Assembly: GCF_004010195.1 (NCBI RefSeq)
Contig: NC_057718.1
Coordinates: 13,042,201 to 13,106,200 of the forward strand
Source: Chiloscyllium plagiosum
Lineage: Eukaryota
Direction: 5' to 3'
DNA length: 64,000 bases
Below, piece after piece: positions 24,584-37,879 of the stretch. The notes under the pieces are model-generated. The model made no database searches. It was not told the DNA's origin and saw only the letters and a program-made list of their open reading frames with translations. The stretch's first letter is position 1, and each line of letters begins with the position of its first letter. The position numbers and the translations under genes were made by a program.

Positions 24584-25070
24584 CAAAAATAATTTGATGG
24601 ATAGTGCTTCCTTCCACAGCATTGGAAAGATTTTTGTCTCCATTAATCTGCAGCTTTCCATTCTTGCTATTGTTTCTCAAGCTGTAGAATACAGTTGTAT
24701 TGCTCCAGATGAATACCGCTGGCAAAGCTGATTCAATAAATTGCATACAGAGAGGTCTAACAGGCAAAGACTCTGAATCAGTGTATAAAAAAATGGTTGA
24801 AAGCACCCATGTATTGGTCTCTTCATTATAGATGGTTAAAAATAATTTCTTTTGGTTAAAATAATCCTTGACTTCAATCAGAACTCCAATTTCAGGAGGA
24901 CGAGAGCCAAATGAAACTGCACCAATGGTTTTGGTGGCATTTTTTGGAAACCTGAGGATATCCGACCAATCACTTTGTTTTAAATGTTTGGCAAAAGTGA
25001 CTGTCTTTGAATTTAAAAGATACAAGTTATCACTAGTCCAAATAGCTGCTGAACTTAAGACATGTCCATC
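24584..25070 (-). CDS. CATSPERE: CATSPERE internal coding exon (487 nt; DGHVLSSAAIWTSDNLYL...EGSTIHQIIF)
   Basis: Acceptor tattttacag, donor TTG/gtgaag, open frame (ORF 24567..25025). KLFLTIYNEETNTWVL and SALPAVFIW..NLS..STIHQIIF match human KIFLVIYNEDTKQWVS and SALPGLLLW..NLS..SIIHEVFI. Confidence 0.92.
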
Positions 25071-25689
25071 CTGTAAAATAAATGAAAAAAAATTATGTAG
25101 ATTATAGTTATTAACATACTGTTAGAAACGAAAATCGCTTCTCAATAATCGCTCTAGAATTATAGTTATTAACATACACATATTTAATTCCTCTGTATTT
25201 TCTCAGAAAACTCAAACAAATATATATCACCAATTGGAGGTGGTTAAACATTCAAAAGTTGACAGCTGGAAGAACAAATCTAATCCAGAATCAAAGAGCA
25301 GGAACCATCTCTCCTGAAGCCACAGACTCCTACAGTGTGGCACACAGCATCTCTGGCCACTTCGTGTTCCCACACACTGCCTCATGCTCTGCAGGATTCT
25401 GTTAACAGGCTAGCCACGCATGTGTCAGAACCTTCTCATAACATCAAATCGTCTTACGAGCTGATCTGATGTTTTATTTACTAACTTAAGCAATAATGTT
25501 CAATTACAGCTATTAAAAAAAACTTGCAGACAACTGCAAGAGGAACCTAGCACTATTGTTTTCATAAAGGCCAAGGTAGATAAGGTACAGAGGATTCTCA
25601 TTACTCAAACTCTGGTGACACAACGTTCTGCTCATGGGGGGAGGGGGCAGTGTTGGACGGGGTTCTGGGGGCGGGAGCTCGCGCGCTGT

Positions 25690-28600
25690 GTGCTGGGTGT
25701 TGGAGGGGGGCCTCGCGCGCTGTGTGCTGTTGCTAGTCCCCCGAACGGGGAGCAAACTGCGAAATAGTGCCGCCCCATCTCGTTCAGACAATCAAGGTTC
25801 CCCTGTAGTGGTCTTCTGGAGCGTGAGGAAGTGAGAATCTGTCCCAATTCCTGGTGAAGTGGGTCCCGGACCTGCTGGGGCTGGGGCTGGAGATGGAGTC
25901 GGGTCGGGTGAGTGTGGAGTGGGCCCACCGGATCATGATACGCAGGTCCGGTTTGGATCAGCACCCCCACCCAGGCCTTGTGCGACTCCAGCACTGTGAA
26001 GAAAAGCAGTTAATAGAAACATGCAGAAGACTGGCAAGAGATCTACACGCTCTGGTATATGAAGGTTTGAGATAATGATTTTTCAAGACTTTGCAGGGGC
26101 CATAATTAAGAAGAGGAAGGCTTTTGATGATATTAAGAAAAAATTAAGAGACTTAAATATTCAACAGTCTCTGAGGTACCCGGCAGTACTGCGATTTAAT
26201 TATGGGGGGTCTGTCTATAACTGACTTGGCGAAAAAAGCAAAAGAATTTGTGAACTCTCTGAAATAAGTGACTTGGACCGAGGGGGAAAGAGGAAAAGAT
26301 GCTTGCGGACAATGGCATAATTTCTCTTTCGTGGTTTCTGGCCTTATAGGCTTGATATTTCTTTGGTGTAAAATTTGGTTTGTTCAACATTGTATCCGTT
26401 TGGTAATTATCTGTTATTTTATTGTTCTGTTGTCTGGTGGTTACTTCCTTGGTGTAAAAGTGTGTGGGGTTGAGATAGGGAGGGGGAGGGGAGGGCATCC
26501 ATTGTTAACTTTCAGGAGTGTAAATAATATGTTTTTTTTCCATTGTCTGGGTTTGGGGTGCAGCCTTAACTGGAAAGTGCCATGAAGGTTGGGAGTGAAT
26601 GTCCCCTATGGGCAAGGAGGGAGAGTGAATTGTGGTTTTTTGTGTTTAATTTGTTCAAGTTAGGAGTAGTGGTTGGTTTCTTAGTTTTAGTAGCATTTGT
26701 AGGAATAGTTTTTAGATTTTATAAAGTCTGTCTTTTTTCCACTCGCCGCACAGCGAATGGTCTTCTTCCTCTCAGGGGACTGTGGGTTGTGGTGTGCAGT
26801 CATGGCTAACAAACTGTTCAGGTGGTGCACCTGGAATATAAAGGGGAGCCATCCCCCCATTAAAAGGAAAAAGGTGCTCTCAAACCTCAAGAAGGATTGG
26901 GTTGACATCGCTCTAATCCAAGAGACACATTTAACTGATAGGGAACATCTGGAGTTACAGAAGGGGGGGATACGATAGAGTATTCTTCTCCTCCTTCAGC
27001 TCCAAAAACAGAGAAGTGGCCATACCGGAAGGAACCTTCCATTTGAGGTGATAGATCAAATCAAGCATGTGTTCATCATTCTCAAGGCTCTGGAATACAG
27101 AGAAGAGTGTGGCATTCTGAACTGTCCTCCCGCGTATCCTCTCAAGTTTTCAGTTGACGCAGTCTCTAAATTAATGGCTCTTGAGGTGCACCGTACGATT
27201 ATAAGAGGAGACTTTAATAATCTGATGGAGCATGGGGTAGACAGGATGCCAAGGTGTCTGTCGGGTACACCGCTGCAGTCTAGACAGCTAGTGGACTTGT
27301 GTAAGGAGTTCAGGCTAGTAGATGTGTGGAGGTGTCTTGTGAAAGGAGTTGAGGCTAGTGGATGTGTGGAGGACTAACCACCCTAACGGGAGGGATTTTA
27401 CCTTTTACTCCAACCCGCAGAAGTGCTACACGAGAATTGAAATGTTCTTTATTCCGTCAGTTTGTTTGGAGTTGGTGTTGGCCTGCAGGATTGGGAACAT
27501 AACAATTTTGGACCACGTGGCAGTGTACGTGGATGTTAAGACCAAGGGTAGTGGAACGAACACACTGGTGCATGGATCCATTTCTGCTGAGGGATGGTAA
27601 CTTTGTACAGTACATTACAAGGGAGTTCAGGCTTTCTGGGACATTAATTGGAGTGTGACCAGTAATCCATCAGTGCTTTGGGAGTCCACTAAAATGTATT
27701 TAAGGGGTCTGATTATTTCATATTCAACACCTAGAAAGAGGCAGAGAGGAGAGCAGCAGCAAATGCTTGAGACTGGGCTGAAAGCAGCCAAGTCGGCATA
27801 TTATAACACACCATCTGTAGTTAAGTTACAACAGGTCACGACTCTCTGGGCTGCTCTGGACTCAGTGTTCACACAAGCGGCGAAGGTAGGGGCCTCCTTT
27901 GCAAAGCAAAGGCCTTTAGTTTGCAAAGGAGACCCCTCTCTTCGCCGCATCACAGGTATCTAGCTCATCTGGCACAGAAGAAAAGTGCTCCCCAGTCCAT
28001 TGTGCCTATAAGGGAGAGAATTGGTAACATTACTAGCGAGCTGAAAAAGATTAATGCCAGATTTCGGGAATCCTATGCAGAGTTATACCGGTTGGGTGGC
28101 TGTAGGGATGGAGCAGCAAGAATGGAATCCATTTTTGAAAACTTGGCCCTCCCCTGTATAAACACAGATCAGCGCACCCTTTTAAATGCACCTCTGATGA
28201 TACAAAAGGTGCAAGAGGTGGTAAGGCAGCTCCAAGGTTTCAAGGCACCCAGTCCAGTTGAGTTCCCAAGTGCGTTTTACAAGGAGTTTATACGTATGTT
28301 AACTGAACCACTTCTGGAGATATATAGTCATTTGTATAGCCAGCACCTATCCGAAAGATGTTGTGAAACTTGAAAGGGTTCAGAAAAGACTTACAAGGAT
28401 TTTGCCAGGGTTAGAGGATTTAAGCTATAGGGAAAGGTTGAAAGGCTAGGTCTGTTTTCCCTGGAGCATTGGACGCTGAGGAGTGACGTTATAGAGGTTT
28501 ATAAAATCATGAGGGGCATGGATAGGGTAAATAGACATGGTCTTTTCCCTCAGGTGGGTGAGACCAGAACTAGAGGGCATAGGTTTAGGGTGAGAGGGGA

Positions 28601-31510
28601 AAGATATAAAAGAGACCTAAGAGGCAATGTTTTCACGCAGAGGCTGGTGCGTGTGTGGAGTGGGCTGCCAGGGAAATGGTGGAGGCTAGAAAAATTGCAA
28701 CATTTAAAAGGCATCTGGATGGGTATATGAATAGGAAGGATTTGGAGGGTTATGGGCTGGGGGTTGGCAGGTGGGACTAGATTGGGTTGGGATATCTTGA
28801 TGGTATGGACGAATTGCACCAAAGGGTCTATTTCCGTGCCGTACATCTCTATGACTCTATGACTGCCTTCCCCCTCTCTAAGGGAGGCCAAAATCTCTCT
28901 AATTTTAAAGAAAGGGAAAGACCCTGAGGATTGCACGTCATACAGACCTACCATGTTGTTGAATGTAGACTTCAAAATTTTATCAAAGATGCTGGCTCTG
29001 AGGTTGGAAAAAATGCTGCTCGTTATTATAAAAGGGTTTTATCAAGGGCCGCAGCTCTTCCAATAATATCAGGAGGGTATTGAATATAGTGCAAATATAT
29101 CAGCAGAGATTGATTCCGGGCTTAGAGGTCTTCCTAGATGCAGAAAAGGCATTTGATCAGGTGGAATGGTTGTATCTTTTTGATGTTCTAAATCGCTTTG
29201 GTCTGGGGGGACCTTCACTAGATGGGTGGCAGTGTTATATAGAGACCCCAAGGCAGCGGTTATCACAAATAGTGTCAAATCAACCAATTTTAGTGTGGGG
29301 AGAGGTAGCCAACAGGGATGTCCTCTCTTGTTGCTGCTATTTACCCTGGTAATTGAGCCGTTGGCAGAGGCCATTTGGAAGGACTCTAAAATAGTGGCAC
29401 CAAAAGTGGGATTTGGGGAGCACAAAATTACTCTTTCTGTAGATGATGTCCTTCTGTTTCTGGCTAACCCAGAAAAGTCCGTACCCTGGCTAATAGAAAA
29501 AATTAAATTATTTGGCAGTTTTTTGGGATACAGGATAAACTTTACAAAGTCGGAAGTCATGCCCGTGGGAGGGTTCATGGAAGTGTCAGGGCTGGAGGAT
29601 GGAACGCAGATTCCTTTTTTGGCAGTAGTAGCAGAAAGGTTTTCTCTACCTGGGAATTTTTATTACTCCTACATTCTGTCAGCTGTATAGTGATAACTTT
29701 GTACAATTGTTTGAAAAGATAAAGTAGGACTTGCAGCAGTGGGAGGGCTACCAATATTGTAGCTAGGCCGTAGTGCCCTAATTAAAATGAGCGTTCTTCC
29801 TCGACTATTATATCCTATGAGGATGCTCCCATTATTGTTACACAGATAGGTGCTGTAAAGGTTTACTGGTTGGCTTGGGTCTTTTATTTAGTGCCATAAG
29901 CACCCTCTAATTACATTTACCAAGCTGCAACTTCTGCAGGATATGGTGGGGGAGAGCGTGGGGATTGGATCTCCCACATCTGAAGAGATACCACATAGAC
30001 GCCCTGCTGTCATATGTGGGGGACTGGGTGCATAATGACTCGAGATCAATATGGCTTGATGTTGAGACCTTGCAGGCCAGGTGCCCCCTTGTCAATTTAT
30101 TGTTTATGGACAAGATACAATCCATCTGAGCATTGTGAAAGCCCAATTATTTTAAATACATGGATGCATGGAGGATAATGTGGTATGGTGAGGGCAATTT
30201 GCTTAAGACTTCACCATTCACCCCATTAGTGGGTGCCCCAGGATTTAGGCCAGGATCAGTAGATTCCGGCTTTAGAGCATGCGAGGGTAAAGGAATCTCC
30301 TGTTTGAGAGACTTATTCAAGGGAGAGGTCTTGATGTCTCTTAACCAATTAAATCAGAAAAAAAGGGATTCCCAACAGGGACCTTTTCCGATACTTTCAG
30401 GTTAGGGATTATATACAGAAGAGGACCATGCTCTTGGCTCAGTTCTACAAGTTGGATATAGAGAGAAGAGTCCTCCGATGCGGGAGCGCTCTCTCTGTTA
30501 GTAGTATATACCATAGGCAGAGAGGAAGCACCTTGGGGGATATGGAGAGACTCCATGGGATCTGGAATCAGGGGTTAGGGGAAGAAATTTCATCAGAAAC
30601 ATGGGAGGATATATGGGAGAATGTAAAGAAAATCTCAATATGCAATAAAGCACAAGCAATTGAAGATCCTTCACAGGGCCCATTTGACACCAGAGAGGTT
30701 AACAAAGTTTAAGAAAGGATCTTCTCCAAGATGTCTCAAATGTAAAATCAGCATAGGCACCTTTACACATTGCTTTTGGTCCTGTTACAAGATTTGTGGA
30801 TACTGGGATGCCATAGTGAATGATCTGGAGAAAATCCTGGGAATTGAAGTTAAGGAGGATCCGGTTTCCTTTTTTTTGGGACTGTTGAATCTGCCCTCTC
30901 TGAGCGAGCATGAGAAGAGGTTATTTAATATTCTTACATGCTGCGCGAAGAAGAACATTATGATGAACTAAATATCAGAAAAACCTCCAGGTCTTGCAGA
31001 ATGGTGCAGACATATGATGCCCCCCCCCAAGATTATCTGACAAGTATGGTGCATCATGGAACAGAGCAATTTTATAAGACATGGCGGACCTTTCTAAATT
31101 ACATAGATGTGGACCTATCAGTGGTACTGATTAGGGCCTTTATAAGCCATGAGAGCAGTATATGGTGGTCCGGGGTCACTAGGGGGAAGAGGCCTGGTAA
31201 ATACGGGTATAATAACTATCGCTCCCATGGACGGGAGCTTCGGTGGAGGTACGGTGAGTGGAATAGTGTAATGCAATTTAGTTTGATTGGATTGTAGTTT
31301 AATTTAATTCTATTTCATTTAATTGGAGTTTATTTTATCTTGGGTTAAGTAAATATGAGATGATTGTATCTCGCAGAGTAGTAGGTCGTTTATTGTTAGC
31401 ATTATTGTAACATAATAGTGTGGTATTCTTTCTATTTTTCTGTACTTTTGTACTTTTCAGACCTTTTTGTCAAAGAGTAAAAACGATTTTTTCAATAAAA
31501 ACATATAATA
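25690..31510 (+). mobile_element. L1-clade LINE, decayed (partial ORF1, T-rich spacer, ORF2 APE-RT-CCHC, A-rich tail)
   Basis: ORF1 end IFQDFAG..KAFDDIKKKLR; ORF2 MANKLFRWCTWNIKG..ALIQETHL, LDAEKAFDQVEW, GSQQGCPL, SVDDVLLFL, CLKCKISIGTFTHCFWSC; ends tcaataaaaacatataataaaa. Confidence 0.93.
28344..28864 (+). mobile_element. 5'-truncated CR1 inserted into L1 ORF2
   Basis: MRGMDRVNR..TRGHRFRV and a ctctatgactctatga tail; the L1 frame resumes (DCLPPSLREAKISLI). Confidence 0.9.
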
Positions 31511-33326
31511 AAAGGACAATCCAAAGGGTTTTTATAAATACATTAAGGACAACAGAGAATAGGCCCCCTCAAAGATCAGCAAGGCAGCCTATGTGTGGAG
31601 CCACAGGAGATGGGGGAGACACTAAACGAGCATTTCGCTTCAGTGTTTACTGTAGAGAAGGACATGGAAGATATAGAATGTAGGGAAATAGATGATGACA
31701 TCTTGAAAAATGTCCATATTGCAGAGGTAGAGGTGTTGGATGTCTTGAAATGCATAGAAGTAGATAAATCCCTAGGACCTGATCAGGTGTACCCTAGAAC
31801 TCTGTGGGAAACTAGGGAAGTGATTGCTGGGCCCCTTGTTGAGATATTTCCATCATTGATAGTCACAGGTGAGGTGCTGGAAGACTGGAAGTTGGCTAAG
31901 GTGGTGCCACTATATAAGAAAGGTGGTGAGGAAAAGCCAGGGAGCAATAGACCGGTGAGCCTGACATCAAGGGTGGGCAAGTTATTGCAGGGAATCCCAA
32001 GGGACAGGATTTACATGTATTTGGAAAGGCAAGGACTGATTAGGGACAGTCAGCATGGCTTTGTGCGTGGGAAATCAAGTCTCACAAACCTTTTTGAAGA
32101 AGTAACAAAGAGGATTGATGAGGGCAGCACGGTGGACTGATCTATATGGACTTCAGTAAGGCATTTAACAAGGTTCCCCACGGGAGACTGGTTAGCAAGG
32201 TTAGATCTCATGCAATACTGGAAGAACCAGCCATTTTGATACAGAACTGGCTCGAAGGTAGAAGGCAGAGGGTGGTGGTGGAGGGTTGCTTTTCAGACTG
32301 GAGACCTGTGACCAATGGTGTGCCACAAGGATCGATGCCGATTCCACTACTTTTCATCATTTATATAAATGATTTATGAGCATTAGAGGTATAGTTAGTA
32401 AGTTTGCAAATGACACCAAAATTGGAAGTTTAGTGGACAGCGAAGAAGGTTACCTCTGAGTACAACGGGATCTTAAGCAGATGGGGCAGTGGGCTGAGGA
32501 CTGGCAGATGGTGTTTAATTTTGATAAATGCGAGGTGCTGCATTTTGGAAAAGCAAATCTTAGCAGGACATATACACTTAATGGGGCGTTGCTGAACAAA
32601 GAGACCTTGGAGTGCAGTTTCACAGCTCCTTGAAAGTAGATTCACAGTAGATAGGATAGTGAAGAAAGCTTTGGTATGCTTTCCATTATTGGTCAGAGCA
32701 TTGATTATAGGAGTTGGGAGGTCATGTTGTGGTTGTACAGGCCATTGGTTAGGCCACTGTCAGAATATTGCGTGCAATTCTGGTCGTCTTCCAATCGGAA
32801 GGATGTTGTGAAACTTGAAAGGTTTCAGAAGAGATTTACAAGGATGTTGCTAGGGTTGGAGGATTTGAGCGATAGGGAGAGGCTGAATATGTTATAGGGC
32901 TGTTTTTCCTGGAGCATCAGAGGCTGAGGGGTGACCTTATAGAGGTTTATAAAATCATGAGGGGCATGGATAGGATAAATAGACAAGGTCTTTTCCCTGG
33001 GGTGGGGGAGTCCAGCAAATGCTGGACTCCCCCACCCCAGGGCATAGGTTTAGGGTGAGAGGGGAAAGATATAAAAGGAACCTAGCGGGTATTTTTTTCA
33101 TATAGAGAGTAGTGTGTGTATGTAATGAGCTGCCAGAGGGAAGCAGTGGAGGTTGGTACAATTACAGCATTTAAAAGACATCTGGATGAAGAAATGAATA
33201 GGAAGGGTTTAGAGGGATCTGGGCCAAGTGCTGGCAAATGCGGCTAGATTAAGTTGGGATATCTGGTCAGCATGGACGAGTTGAACCGAAGGTTCTGTTT
33301 CCATGCTGTACATCTCTACGACTCTA
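31511..33326 (+). mobile_element. CR1 LINE ORF2 RT to 3' tail
   Basis: ORFs 31595..32140, 32146..32379 and 32676..32897; tail ctctacgactcta. Confidence 0.93.
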
Positions 33327-33369
33327 TCACATATTGTATGGATAGAAAATGTACAAAAAAGGGGGTAAA

Positions 33370-33900
33370 TAAAATTCTGAAGATCTGAAGTCCAGACCAT
33401 AGGTGCAAGTCCTTTTTGTCTGACAGTCCTTTCGCTTTTTCCAGTTGTTAGATGCTGTTAACTATACAGCGATGGTCATCCCTCGATTCAAATGGTGATC
33501 AGTTCAACGTTGGTCTTATACAAATGCTTTTAGCTTTTTAGTGGTTTTCTGAGTTATCCTCACACTCAGAGAGAAGTGCTATCTGCATACTCTGGATTTT
33601 TTTTCTCTTTCTGTTGGTTATGGTACATGCAGATTTTTTTTAAACACTGCAGGTCAACCAGGCAGAATTTCCTTAATTCAAAATATTCTCAGTGCCATTC
33701 AGACTGCTCTCTGTTTTTTGGCTTCTAAAAAGCAACATTGTGTTGCACAGCTCAATAATATAGATCATTTGTTTTTCAAGATACAAAATCTTTCTGTTTT
33801 TCAGTCGTAACAGCCTATCTTCCAATTCAGCTAATTGTTCCAAAAATGCAATGTATGTGACTGCGTAGAGTAGAAACATTAGCCTTCCTTTATTTACCTT
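33370..33900 (-). mobile_element. Possible ancient LINE ORF1 remnant
   Basis: Coiled-coil-like LEQLAELEDRLLRLKNR and a decayed VWT..IF-like end; many stops. Confidence 0.25.
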
Positions 33901-35214
33901 CCATTGCCATTTTTTAGGGTTTCCCATTTCAGACAAAAGTTTTTTTTTTCTCTCAAAGGGTTGTGAATCTTTGTAACTCTCTTCCTTAGAGAGCAGTGGA
34001 GGCAGGGACATTGAATACTTTTAAGACAGAGGTAGACAGGTTTGTAACAAGCAAAGAAATCAAAGGTTATTGGGGTAATTCAGAATGTGGAGTTGAGACT
34101 ACAAGCAGATTCGTGATGATCATACAGCCAGAGAGGTTTACAGCACAGAAACGGGTCCCTTGGCCCAACTTGTCCATCTTACAAAATGATGGAGTAGGCT
34201 AAATGAACATAATGGCCGACTTCTAATTGGTATGTTCGTACATCAAGACTCGTCAACCAGTATCATGTGAATGATATTTCAGCATTCAATGCAGTCAGTG
34301 CACATGATACAGGAAGAACTCCATATTAACAAGGGGCACAACATTACTAGATTATGTGCGTGGAAAGTGAAGTAAAAGCTACAGCATCGTTTTGCAAAGA
34401 TATTTTCCAATGCAACCTTGTCATGGCCAACCTTGCCAGCAACTCATTTCTGGTAAACAAACATATATTTTAAAAAATCTCGAACATTACCATGACACCA
34501 GACACTAGCAAAATCAAACAAAGCAACAAATTAACATGAAGTGTATAATTATTAAAGTTTACTTATGATAGGTAAATACAGAATAAAACATCAAGAGTCT
34601 TGAGGTACAGTGGCAGTGTCCCCACCTCTGGACCAGAAGATCTGGCTTTAAGTTCTATCTGCCATGGAGGTAACATGTCTGAATAGATTGATTAAAATTA
34701 AATATAATAAAACATTACATAAATATGAAAATCAGTGTTTTAAGTAGTTTGTAAAAATGTTACTTTTATGTACTCATGTAAATTTCAGCCAAGCACTGGT
34801 GGCAAAATTCAGGAAAATCTCTCTCCTTCTCACATATGCATTGTAATCAGCCTCTCTTTTCTCCTTCCCACCCCACACATTTATACCTTTTCAAAACTCC
34901 ACTCATATCCCAAGCACTCTTACTCAGCAACCTCATTTCTCAAACAACTTTCCCCTAACATGCTCATTCAATCAGCCACCTCTATATCTAAACCTCCTTC
35001 CACACTATGTTATTATGTTTGTTGCAGTAATGCAATAAGATGAGAACAAATATAGTGACATTCAGAAAACTGGCATCAATCCACTGAAACAGCTGAGTTG
35101 CAGACTCCATTGCTCCCCACCCCACTGAGTGGCCAGCTGCAGGGCAAGCCAGCTGTGTACCAGCAGCCTGGTACTTTGTGCCTAGTTGGCTTCCCCAGGT
35201 GTACTTCTCGTCTT

Positions 35215-37108
35215 GTCATAGAATCATAGAGATGTACAGCATGAAAACAGACCTTTCGATCCAACCCGTCCATGCTGACCAGATATCCCAACCCAATCTA
35301 GTCCCACCTGCCAGCACCCAGCCCATATCTCTCCAAACCCTTCCTATTCATATACTCATCCAAATGCCTTTTAAATGTTGCAATTGTACCAGCCTCCACC
35401 ACTGCCTCTGGCAGCTCATTCCATATATGTACCATCCTCTGGGTGAAAACGTTGCCCCTCGGGTCTCTTTTATATCTTTCCCCTCTCACCCTCTAGTTCT
35501 GGATTCCCCCACCCCAGGGAAAAGACTTTGTCTAGTTATCCAATCCATGCCCCTCATAATTTTGTAAACCGCTATAAGGTCACCCCTCAGCCTCCGACAC
35601 TCCAGGGAAATCAGCCTGTTCAACCTCTCCCTATAGCTCAAATCCTCCAACCCTGGCAACATCCTTGTAGATCTTTTCTGAACCCTTTCAAGTTTCACAA
35701 CATCTTTCCGATAGAAAGGAGACCAGAATTGCACGCAATATTCCAACAGTGGCCTAACCAATGTCCTGTACAGCCGCAACGTGGCATCCCAACTCCTGTA
35801 CTCAATACTCTGACCAATAAAGGAAAGCATACCAAACGCCTTCTTCACTATCCTATCTATCTGCGACTCCACTTTCACGGAGCTATGAACCTGCACTCCA
35901 AGGTCTCTTTGTTCAGCAATACTCTCTAGGACCTTACTATTAAGTGTACAAGTCCTGCTAAGATTTGCTTTCCCAAAATGCAGCACCTCGCATTTATCTG
36001 AATTAAACTCCATCTGCCACTTATCAGCCCATTGGCCCATCTGATCAATATCCTGTTGTAGTCTGAGGTAACCTTCTTCGCTGTCCACTACACCTCTAAT
36101 TTTGGTGTAATCTGCAAACTTACTAACTATACCTCTTATGCTCGCATCCAAATCATTTATGTAAATGACAAAACATAGAGGACCCAGCACCGATCCTTGT
36201 GGCACTCTTCTATCTTTGAGCCAGTTCTGTATCCACATGGCTAGTTCTCCCTATATTCCGTGAGATCTAACCTTGCTAATGAGTCTCCCATGGGGGACTT
36301 TGTTGAATGTCTTACTGAAGTCCATATAGATCACATCTACTGCTCTGCCCTCACCAATCCTCTTTGATACTTCTTCAAAAAACTCAATCAAGTTTGTGAG
36401 ACATGATTTCCCACGCACAAAGCCATGTTGACTATCCCGAATCAGTCCTTGCCTTTCCAAATACATGCACATTCTGTCCCTCAGGATTCCCTCCAACAAC
36501 TTGCCCACCACCGACGTCAGGCTCACTGGTCTATAGTTCCCTTGTTTGTTCTTACCACCCTTCTTAAAGAGTGGCATTACATTTGCCAACCTCCAGTCTT
36601 CTGGCACTTCACCTGTGACAATCGATGATACAAATATCTCAGCAAGAGGCACAGCAATCACTTCTCTAGCTTCCCACAGAGTTCTTGGGCACACCTGGGG
36701 ATTTATCTACCTTTAACCGTTTCAAGACATCCAGCACTTCCTCCTCTGTAATATGGACATTTTGCAAGCTGTCACCATCTATTTTGCTACTTTCTATACC
36801 TTCCATATCCTTTTCCACTGTAAATACTGATGCAAAATATTTGTTTAGTATCTCCCCCATTGTCTGCGGCTCCACACAAAGGCCGCCTTGCTGATCTTTG
36901 AGGGGCCCTATTCTCTCTCTAGTTACCCTTTAGTCCTTAATGTATTTGTAAAAACCCTTTGGATTCTCCTTAATTCTATTTGCCAAAGCTATTTCATGTC
37001 CCCTCTTTTTCCCTCCTGATTTCCTTCTTAAGTATACTGACTTTATACTCTTCTAAGGATTCACTCGATCTATCCTGTCTATACCTTACATATGCTTCCT
37101 TCTTTGTC
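35215..37108 (-). mobile_element. Young CR1 LINE ORF2 with small deletions and 3' tail
   Basis: ORFs 36251..36694 and 35486..36238 ([29 protein letters not shown]); tail tcatagaatcatagag. Confidence 0.95.
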
Positions 37109-37269
37109 CTTGGTGATGATTTTCCAGGCTGAGACTCTCTCCTCCTGACTTTGCCCACGTCAGAGACAGCAACTGCTGAGGCAAGGCGGACGTCAGAAAA
37201 TAAATAAAAAGGATGAAATTCTATTATTCAAAGTGAATTTGATTGCTTGTGTAATGTCATAATGTTATT

Positions 37270-37580
37270 TGACAAGCAATCCAGAATTACAGGCCAATGT
37301 TCATGGGACACAAGTTCGAATACCATCATTCCAGATGGTGAAATTTGAATTCAATAAAAATCTGAAATAAAAAGTAAGCCTAATGGAGACCATGTCAACA
37401 CTGTTAAATATCATCACAACCCACCTAGATCCATTTTAGGATCTGCAATCCTTACCAGTTTTTGACTACATATGACTCCATACTCAGCAATGTGGGTGAC
37501 TTTGAACTGCTCACTAAGAATATGGGATAGGCAATTAACACTTGCCAAGCCATTAACACACACATCAATAAATTTTAAAA
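37270..37580 (+). mobile_element. Decayed tRNA-headed SINE (same family as 14845-15170)
   Basis: gttcgaatacc B-box-like, agatggtgaaatttgaattcaataa, and tacatatgactcc..cagcaatgtgggtgact. Confidence 0.6.
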
Positions 37581-37879
37581 AATCTTTGTTGTTTAAAAAT
37601 TTGAGAATTGCTACATTACCAAAGAATCAAATGTAATTGAATGATTAATTGCACCTGCTGAAATGTTCTTAAAGAAAACGTATGAAGTGGACTTCATTGG
37701 AAATTGAAAGTGACATTGACTGAACGGATTGATATCTCCCATTTTACATCATTGTCCAAAGTTAAAATTCTGCACCTGTCTCCTAAAACTTGGATGCTGT
37801 TAATAAGACATATGTTGGCCACCCAACCACAGCTGGAGTCACTATTATTGCTGAAAGAAGTGGATTTTCCACAACTACC

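Noticed and set aside
27300..27372. Approximately 40-bp tandem duplication in L1 ORF2, and a 19-bp duplication near 11805-11846
   Set aside because: Ordinary slippage in dead elements.
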